A stretch of 64,000 bases of DNA from Bacteroidota bacterium (GTDB taxonomy: Bacteria; Bacteroidota; Bacteroidia; Bacteroidales; VadinHA17), in NCBI GenBank assembly GCA_029564935.1, contig JAKQPD010000406.1:152-64151 (forward strand), written 5' to 3'. A program made the position numbers and the translations under genes. The notes beneath the pieces are model-generated. The model was not told the DNA's origin, did no database searches, and saw only the letters and a list, made by a program, of their open reading frames with translations. Of the stretch, positions 56,245 through 63,234 are shown piece by piece (position 1 is the first letter of the stretch; each line of letters starts with the position of its first letter).

Positions 56245-57298
56245 TGATCAGATTCTGTGGAACAGGCATCTGCCTTCCGTCCTTAGTTTTGAATTTATTA
56301 TCAGGATCATATTCGATACCGATCTTTTTCAGAAGAGGTTCAGACTGTACCATATGAAATTGCAGACCCAGGTCCCATGGATTGATTCCCAGAACAAGCC
56401 CGGCAAGCTCCTCATATGTAAGAATGGGAATCGACTCACCGTTTTCTCCATATACGGTACCTTCCATTTCCTTCATTGTATATTGCCATTTATCCATGAA
56501 CATGTTACAGCCCGGACAATTTGTAAGGACAAAGTCGGGTTTGAACGGTTTCATCGATTCGAATTTCTTTACTGTATTTGAAAGTGAATACCCTCTGTTA
56601 GCCTGGACAAGATACTGTCTGAAGCCGAATCCGCAGCAATGCCTTCTCTCGGGATAATCGATAACCTTACCTCCCCAGCTGTCAATCATACCTCCAAGCA
56701 CGTTCGGGAATTCTGCACCTCCCACGCCGTATTTCGGGAACATCTTGGAATAATGACAGCCGATATGTTCAACAACATTCAGTGGTTCTCCGGTTTCCTT
56801 GTTTATAAGCTTATATTTAGCCTTTTCTGCTATTTCATTCCTGAATTTATAGATAATATCACTTGTGTGTGCCATATTCTCAGGAACATCAAACTCACGG
56901 CCTGTAGCTTTATAAAGGTATTCGCGTGTCTTTTCAAGCTCTTCGGGAAAATGTTTCCAGGTTTCTATTATTTCGGTATAAATACCAAATGATGTTACAC
57001 ATGAGATGGCAATATTTTTGTACCCCGACTCTTTCATCAGGGCAAAATGCCTTGCTACAACAGTCATTATTGTTGCCAGAGGAACAACATCACCGTGGTA
57101 ACCTATTCCGGTGCATGTTGTATGAGAAGGATTTTCATAAACGTCTTTCCCGAGAATATCCCTCATGAAGTGAAGGAAAAACTGTTCGGATCCGGGGAAG
57201 AAGCTTTGTCTGATACATGATCTCACATAGAAAAAATGATCATCTGCTATTTCCTTCTGATAATCTGACCATATCCTTTTCTTGCCATCCTGTTGCAT
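56237..57298 (-). CDS. hdrB: HdrB-like CCG-domain subunit
   Basis: CVTSFG..., RRHCCGFG and TNCPGCNMF. The ATG at 57298 (MQQDGKK) is preferred, 7 nt after the hdrC stop. The ORF-track start at 57349 overlaps hdrC by 44 nt. Confidence 0.85.
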   Translation of the reverse strand: MQQDGKKRIWSDYQKEIADDHFFYVRSCIRQSFFPGSEQFFLHFMRDILGKDVYENPSHTTCTGIGYHGDVVPLATIMTVVARHFALMKESGYKNIAISCVTSFGIYTEIIETWKHFPEELEKTREYLYKATGREFDVPENMAHTSDIIYKFRNEIAEKAKYKLINKETGEPLNVVEHIGCHYSKMFPKYGVGGAEFPNVLGGMIDSWGGKVIDYPERRHCCGFGFRQYLVQANRGYSLSNTVKKFESMKPFKPDFVLTNCPGCNMFMDKWQYTMKEMEGTVYGENGESIPILTYEELAGLVLGINPWDLGLQFHMVQSEPLLKKIGIEYDPDNKFKTKDGRQMPVPQNLINA

Positions 57299-57305
57299 AA
57301 GTGAA

Positions 57306-58019
57306 TTATTTATTATGATGATCTTTTTTATTTGCAGTGAATACTTCAATGAAATATTCGTTGTCTATTCCTTTGTCACTGAACTGAAGTCCCATTTCCG
57401 CAGCTTTTTTCTTTGAATGTCGTTCAATGTCATTATAAAAATCCATTCCTCCGGTGACTTCAAATATCTTCTTCAGTTCTGTTTTGGCATCCTCCGGGAT
57501 CTTTCTTAATGGCCCTGCACCGAGCTCATCTATATGTCCGCCCATTCGTTCAAAAACATCTGTGCTGTTATCGAGGATATATTTCCAGATCGGGCCCTGT
57601 TCAGCGTGCATTTCCGGGCTGACAGCATAGCTTGCAACACAATAGCCGTATTTGAAGATATTTTCACCGACGGTACGTTTTATTGCGAATTGTTGTCTGC
57701 CTTTTTCAGATTCTGTAAAGAATCCGAGCTTCTGGGAAAGAGTTCTTAGCGCCATTACAACCAGAGCCGGGGTATTACCTCTCGGGCAGCGGGTTTTACA
57801 CGACATGCACTCTCCGCAATACCATATGGTCTCCGACTTCAGAAGCTTTTCAATTTCTGCATTATCACCCGACTGAACCAGATCTACAATTTTTCTCGGA
57901 TCGTAATCATAAAATTCCGCTGCGGGACAGATGGCTGTACAAACACCGCAATTCATACAGGCATTAAGTCCTTCTTCGAACCTTATATCCTGCATGAGCA
58001 TTTCATGGTAATTCTGCAT
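57306..58019 (-). CDS. hdrC: HdrC-like 2x[4Fe-4S] subunit
   Basis: 237 aa. CMNCGVCTAICP and CGECMSCKTRCPRGN. Confidence 0.85.
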   Translation of the reverse strand: MQNYHEMLMQDIRFEEGLNACMNCGVCTAICPAAEFYDYDPRKIVDLVQSGDNAEIEKLLKSETIWYCGECMSCKTRCPRGNTPALVVMALRTLSQKLGFFTESEKGRQQFAIKRTVGENIFKYGYCVASYAVSPEMHAEQGPIWKYILDNSTDVFERMGGHIDELGAGPLRKIPEDAKTELKKIFEVTGGMDFYNDIERHSKKKAAEMGLQFSDKGIDNEYFIEVFTANKKDHHNK

Positions 58020-58037
58020 TCCCTGGATTTATTTCCT

Positions 58038-58051
58038 TCTGATTAATCAGA
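58038..58051. promoter_or_regulatory. Perfect 14-bp palindrome TCTGATTAATCAGA (candidate operator)
   Basis: Lies 19-32 nt upstream of the hdrC start and abuts the candidate -7 box. Confidence 0.4.
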
Positions 58052-58052
58052 A

Positions 58053-58060
58053 CAAAAGTA
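58053..58060 (-). promoter_or_regulatory. Candidate -7 promoter box (minus strand TACTTTTG)
   Basis: The plus strand CAAAAGTA is the reverse complement of TAnnTTTG. Lies 34 nt upstream of the hdrC start. Confidence 0.35.
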
Positions 58061-58124
58061 TTGATATACTGAAGACCAGGTAAGAGGATTAAGACCTATT
58101 TTGAATGGGGTATAAATACGTATC

Positions 58125-58302
58125 GGCGCAGGGGTGCAGGGGCACACAGGGGCACAATGGCGCAGGGGCGCAGAGGCGCAACGGCAAAACGGCGCAGGGG
58201 TGTTAGGGCGTTAGGGTGTTATGGCGTTACGGCGTTAAGGCGTTAAGGCGTTAGGGTGTTAGGGCGTTAGGGGGTCAGGGGGTTAGGGGGTCAGGGGGTG
58301 CG
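58125..58302. repeat. Compound tandem 8-bp array (about 22 units): GGCGCAGG-type, then GGCGTTAG-type, then GGGGTYAG-type
   Basis: ggcgcagg ggtgcagg ... ggcgcagg ggcgcaga ggcgcaac ... ggtgttag ggcgttag ggtgttat ggcgttac ggcgttaa ggcgttaa ggcgttag ggtgttag ggcgttag ggggtcag ggggttag ggggtcag ggggtgcg. Confidence 0.95.
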
Positions 58303-58333
58303 GCATGGCTGTCAACCGGAGTTTTGGGGAGAA

Positions 58334-58551
58334 AAGTTTCCCCTCCTTTTTTTTAAGGAGGGGTGGCCAGACCACAAAATCACCTAGTGTGTAGAGATAT
58401 ATATTCTGGCCGGGGTGGTTTATATTATTCTGAGAAAAAAAGTTTTACGTTTACTAAGTCCGTTTTAACCACCCCGGCCGGGAAAGTATTCTTGTAAACG
58501 TTTCAAAATCAGCAATCCCGGCCACCCCTCCTTAAAAAGGATGGGAAACTT
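58334..58551. repeat. Nested inverted-repeat (MITE-like) element, about 220 bp
   Basis: Outer arms are AAGTTTCCCCTCCTTTTTTTTAAGGAGGGGTGGCC (58334-58368) and GGCCACCCCTCCTTAAAAAGGATGGGAAACTT (58520-58551). Inner arms are GGCCGGGGTGGTT (58408-58420) and AACCACCCCGGCC (58467-58479). Confidence 0.8.
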
Positions 58552-58636
58552 ACTTACCAATATTGCAAATGATTACAATAGTTATATTTATTACAATATT
58601 TCTTAAGTTAACGGCTATGGGGGGCACTGTAAGGAT

Positions 58637-61600
58637 TTAATAGCTTATTGAGTCGTTTTTACGGGTGATCTGATTTATCTTATGGTCAGGATCAAGTTCA
58701 AATTTTGCGGCAGAATGACCGTTCCCCGAAGGAATGGCGATCCTGATATCTGTATGCTTTGGTTTTAGATCGGCCGGTGCATCAATGGCAGGTACTGATG
58801 CGGAACCAATCCGTTTTCCTTTCGCATCCGTAACAGCTATTTCAGTTTCCGGAGAAATTATTGCTCCGATGTTATGTACACGAACTGTAATTTCATTTTC
58901 TGAAACCGTTATATCCTCTTTGCCGATGGCAATATCCGGAAGTTCCCAGTATCCCTGATCCGATGGTTCTTTAAGCTCAAGTATTATTATAGTGTTTCTT
59001 CGGGGCACAAAATTAAGTTCCATAGACTCTCCCCTGCCTGCAACAACAGATGATTCACTGAGGTCATAATCGGGTTTCTGATCATCATCCGTATCAATGC
59101 CCACAGTCATGCTCCACTTTCCCGGAATAACATCCCAGAGGGTCATTTCAGCCTTCACAGGATCATTTTCCAGATTATATGCTATTATCTTTAACTTTTC
59201 CGGTCCGGACTCCTGAACAAATACAGCTGTACTTTCCCATGAAGCCGGCGCCTTAAATTTCCAGCTTACACGATTCATGGGATAAAGGATATTTGTTCTT
59301 GTTAACGCAACCCCTCCCAGACGGTCTTCCTGAATTACCGGGTTGAATGATGATATCCTGTCGATCCATACGCTTCCTTCAGTATTTATATATTCGCGGA
59401 TCCCGAGGTTTGATATTTCATTCCTGTAATTATCTGCAATTTTTTTCCTGTTAAATTCCCGTTTGTAAAAGAAGTTCTGTGGAAGAGGTTCCATGTATTT
59501 CTTATCACCTGTGAGCTTCCATGCTGCCAGGAATAACGACCATGGCTTGCCCCTGTTTCCCGTATCGTCCCTCGACTCATCGGTTGAAAAATTAATTTCG
59601 GTAAGTAATTTCCCGTCTTTAGAATGTTCAAGCAAAGCATCAGCAAGTTCAGTGATCATTTTTATAAGCTGCGGGTTGCCGTTATAGCGGGCAAGCAGAT
59701 ATGCAGGCTGGAGGACGTGATAGGAATGATTAACGGACCACTGCCATGGATCTTCTCCGGCAATTCGTGTTCCGCTGTAAAATCTTGATCTGAAGTGACG
59801 ATGACCTTTTTCATTAACCTGTGTAATATCGTTCAGCATCCTGGAGGCTGTTTCCATTCCGCGTTCAATATGCAGAGGATTTCCGTAATCAAGAAGCATA
59901 CATTGAGCGACTACCTGGATTCCTTCTTCAAGCGAATGCAGTTCATCAGTAAAAATGGTAGCCAGTCCGTTTGTAAACAAAGGCAGACTACGCTGTTTCA
60001 GTCCGGATTCATTTGAAGGACGGTCCTGATCATAGTAGGCTGACATTTGCAGCAGGAGCGATTTAAGTAATTTATCAGGATCAATACCCAGAAAAGCCAT
60101 ACCCGGCCACATATTTGTCAGATCACCGTCATCAGAAAGGCCGCCCCCGAATTCCCCGTTGGCTATCTGCCTGTTATCAATATAATATGATGCTATCTTT
60201 TCAAGCTTTTTGAGATATTCTATCTGAAGGAATGCCCACTCAGGAATACCCTCAGGGACTTCAGGAATTTTATATTCCGGTCTGTTTTCCCCGGTGAGTG
60301 CATACCTGTATGTCTGTGCAAGCCAGTGATCGGGTTTTACCGACAACAGGTCGTTACAATCCGCTATAAAACGGTTATAAAGATTTAATCTGGGGGTAAC
60401 AGGTCTCTCTTCAACAATATGTGCATACAGATCACGTACCTGGGTGAAACGATCCGTAACATGTTCATTTAACGAGTTCTCTGCAGTTTTAAATACCAGC
60501 CTGACCTTTGTTCCTGAAAGCATTTCAGCCGTAAGATCATCCCCGGCTCCGGCAATGGTCAGGTACAGAGCCTTATCCGGAGGCAGTATCCTGTCGCGTG
60601 TATCTATCCATAATACGGGAGCCTCACCTGGTCTGACAGAGAAACTGAAATCAGCCAGATCGCGCATTGGCCATAAAGGATCCTTTATCCTTATATTAAC
60701 AGGATATACACCACTGTGTGTCGGGCTGACATTCAGCGAAGGCAATCTTATTTCAATCCCGTCAAGTCCTCTGTCCTTATTTGCTGTATATGGTATCAAT
60801 ATATGTATAAAAGGCAGCATGTCATTATCCGGATTTCCTTTTGCGGATTTACCGGCACTTCCTTCCCGCACGCCGGTCATCATAGCCCTTTCATCTGCCG
60901 GATACCGTCCTTTGATGAAAGAGATAACCTCATTCAGGGATTTATTTTCAGGGGTCACCATAAAAGGTTCTGCGATGAATGTTTCACTTACAGATCTCTC
61001 CGGTGCGCTTCCACTAGAAATATTATAAACTTCAAATGACCCGATTGGTTCTTCGATAAGGGCATTATCGAAACGGACAACACCGCCCTTTTGCGGTTCA
61101 GAGAGATGATGAAATGATTTTATCTGATCCTGTCTTCTGACACCGAAAGTAAAATCGGGCTCCTTATCATCTTCCAGGGTAAGCTGGCCCCAGGCTTTGC
61201 CCCACATCTCGATACGATTCCACTGCTCGTCCGGAAGAGTGAACCTTACTGTCTGGCCGGAGCCGGAATAACAATCCCAGTCGGGCAGAACAAAATAATC
61301 ATATCTGCCCGGCAGTCGTGACATATTATATACAGCCGGCCATGTTGTTTCCCTTATACCGTCATTCGCTTTCCAGTACCAACGTTTTATGTCAAGTGCA
61401 TCGTGTATATCGACCTTCCTTACAGCTGTTTCTGATGAAGGAAGCAAGGGTGGCGGCGGATTCGGAATGTTCCATCCGTTTCTCAGCCACCATTCACCAC
61501 GCCATTTTTCTACTGAAAGATCACGTCTGAAAGGCGCTAATTTTCTCAGGCTTTTTCCGGCAGCAAGTAAAAGGATACTCTCATCAGGAAGCATTCTGTC

Positions 61601-62368
61601 ATAGATCCTTATCTCATCCACGTCGCCTCCGCGGGAAAAGCAGTAGGCGCTCTGTACCTGGTAGGGGCTTATAATACGGGAATGGGGACCAAACTGGTCA
61701 AGACCGGCATCATAAACAGATCCGTTAACCGTTTGTCGGGCGACCATTTTCCCGTCGACATAGAATCGTATGCCTTCAGTCTCATCCCATGAAAGGGCTA
61801 TATGGATCCATTTATCTGCAGGAGGAAAATTTTCCGTGTACCACGACACGCGTGTCCTTGCAAGGCCGATATCTGTAACAAAGGCATCGAAACCGGAGCC
61901 ATTATAGTCAATTCTCAGCCATATCATATCCCAGCTTGAGTGATCGGCATATCCGACACGAAAGACAGGGAAAGGAGTCGGTCCGGCGGGATAATGTGAA
62001 CGCCAGAAAAAAGAGAGCGTTCCCCGCTGGGCGAAAATATTTCCGGGAGCCCAGTATGACATGAGTTGAGTATCCTCAGCCCTGAATCCTTTTCCGACCG
62101 CCCCGTCAGGAATGATAGTGACATCCTTCAGAAAATTTGGATCCGTTTGTCCCCCTGCAGCAAAGTTTGCGCTAAACTCCTGATCGCCGGACAGATAAAA
62201 CAACAATCCGGGTTCTTTCGATACCATACTGTGTACAGCCTGTCCTGCCATAACTCCGGGTTTTGGCTCGGGCGATAGCTGTGCACTCACAGGATAGCAG
62301 AACATTATAATCCCGGGAAGTATTAAGAACAATGTGATCGCTGAAGATCCGAATTTATGTCTTTTCAT
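58637..62368 (-). CDS. Large secreted LamG/concanavalin-A-like domain protein
   Basis: 1243 aa with a signal peptide (PVSAQ). LamG_3-type hallmark GGDVDEIRIYDRML near residue 250. The remaining roughly 950 aa were not recognised. Confidence 0.7.
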   Translation of the reverse strand: MKRHKFGSSAITLFLILPGIIMFCYPVSAQLSPEPKPGVMAGQAVHSMVSKEPGLLFYLSGDQEFSANFAAGGQTDPNFLKDVTIIPDGAVGKGFRAEDTQLMSYWAPGNIFAQRGTLSFFWRSHYPAGPTPFPVFRVGYADHSSWDMIWLRIDYNGSGFDAFVTDIGLARTRVSWYTENFPPADKWIHIALSWDETEGIRFYVDGKMVARQTVNGSVYDAGLDQFGPHSRIISPYQVQSAYCFSRGGDVDEIRIYDRMLPDESILLLAAGKSLRKLAPFRRDLSVEKWRGEWWLRNGWNIPNPPPPLLPSSETAVRKVDIHDALDIKRWYWKANDGIRETTWPAVYNMSRLPGRYDYFVLPDWDCYSGSGQTVRFTLPDEQWNRIEMWGKAWGQLTLEDDKEPDFTFGVRRQDQIKSFHHLSEPQKGGVVRFDNALIEEPIGSFEVYNISSGSAPERSVSETFIAEPFMVTPENKSLNEVISFIKGRYPADERAMMTGVREGSAGKSAKGNPDNDMLPFIHILIPYTANKDRGLDGIEIRLPSLNVSPTHSGVYPVNIRIKDPLWPMRDLADFSFSVRPGEAPVLWIDTRDRILPPDKALYLTIAGAGDDLTAEMLSGTKVRLVFKTAENSLNEHVTDRFTQVRDLYAHIVEERPVTPRLNLYNRFIADCNDLLSVKPDHWLAQTYRYALTGENRPEYKIPEVPEGIPEWAFLQIEYLKKLEKIASYYIDNRQIANGEFGGGLSDDGDLTNMWPGMAFLGIDPDKLLKSLLLQMSAYYDQDRPSNESGLKQRSLPLFTNGLATIFTDELHSLEEGIQVVAQCMLLDYGNPLHIERGMETASRMLNDITQVNEKGHRHFRSRFYSGTRIAGEDPWQWSVNHSYHVLQPAYLLARYNGNPQLIKMITELADALLEHSKDGKLLTEINFSTDESRDDTGNRGKPWSLFLAAWKLTGDKKYMEPLPQNFFYKREFNRKKIADNYRNEISNLGIREYINTEGSVWIDRISSFNPVIQEDRLGGVALTRTNILYPMNRVSWKFKAPASWESTAVFVQESGPEKLKIIAYNLENDPVKAEMTLWDVIPGKWSMTVGIDTDDDQKPDYDLSESSVVAGRGESMELNFVPRRNTIIILELKEPSDQGYWELPDIAIGKEDITVSENEITVRVHNIGAIISPETEIAVTDAKGKRIGSASVPAIDAPADLKPKHTDIRIAIPSGNGHSAAKFELDPDHKINQITRKNDSISY

Positions 62369-62396
62369 AACCTTTTAGATTTTTACCATGGAGGAA

Positions 62397-62446
62397 CACG
62401 GAGTCATCACGGAGTTTACACGGAAGTTCATTATTTTAACTCCGTG
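62397..62446. repeat. Three 11-bp direct repeats (CACGGAGTnnn) ending in a hairpin
   Basis: cacggagtcat cacggagttta cacggaagttc, then AACTCCGTG pairing with the last unit. Confidence 0.8.
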
Positions 62447-62462
62447 CCATACTCAGTGTAAC

Positions 62463-63116
62463 TCAGTGGTTAATAACAATTTTACCATTAATCAGACTAA
62501 TCTTCTTTTGAGCGTATTTCGAAGCTTCCGGACTATGAGAAACCAGTAAAATAGTACCCCCTTTTTTGTTAAAATCATTCATAAGTGACATTAAAATCTC
62601 ACTGTTTGCAGGATCGAGATTTCCGGTTGGTTCATCCGCGAGGAGTATCTCGGGTTCAGTAATAATTGCCCTGAGGAATGCAGTGCGTTGTTTCTCGCCG
62701 ACGCTCAGTTCGGAGGGATACTTATCCCTGAGGCCCGTTAAGGAGCATTGCTCCATCAGCGTATCAATTTTGGCACACAGAGATTTTTCATAACAGGCCA
62801 GCATAATATTTTCTTTAACAGTCAGAAAAGGCATCAGGTGAAATTGCTGAAATACAAATCCGACATGTTTTTTCCTGTATTCATTTTTTTCTTTAGCAGC
62901 CAGGTTGTATATATTCCCGCCATTATATAAGACCTCACCCGAATCCGGACGTATCATTCCGCCGGCTATATACAGAAGAGTTGACTTCCCTGCCCCGCTT
63001 GGTCCTGAAATTACTATATAATCACCCTTTCTGATCTCCAGGGATACATTATCCAGAGCTGTGAACTCCATCGCTCCTTTGTAGTATTTCTTAGTTACTT
63101 TCCTTATTCCCAACAT
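62463..63116 (-). CDS. ABC transporter ATP-binding protein (MacB/LolD family)
   Basis: GPSGAGKSTLL (Walker A), LSVGEKQR (signature) and LLADEPTGNLD (Walker B). Confidence 0.92.
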   Translation of the reverse strand: MLGIRKVTKKYYKGAMEFTALDNVSLEIRKGDYIVISGPSGAGKSTLLYIAGGMIRPDSGEVLYNGGNIYNLAAKEKNEYRKKHVGFVFQQFHLMPFLTVKENIMLACYEKSLCAKIDTLMEQCSLTGLRDKYPSELSVGEKQRTAFLRAIITEPEILLADEPTGNLDPANSEILMSLMNDFNKKGGTILLVSHSPEASKYAQKKISLINGKIVINH

Positions 63117-63145
63117 ATCTTAATTAGTAAAGATCCATCCTTGTT

Positions 63146-63220
63146 CCCGTCATTGCGAGGAGTCCCGCCATACGCCTTCGGTAAACCTACGGCGTATAAA
63201 AGCGGGACGACGAAGCAATC
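63146..63220. repeat. REP-like palindromic element, copy 2 (long form with nested hairpin)
   Basis: CCGTCATTGCGAGGAGTCCCGC-[catacgccttcggtaaacctacggcgtataaaa]-GCGGGACGACGAAGCAATCC. Confidence 0.9.
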
Positions 63221-63234
63221 CGTTTCCAACATTA

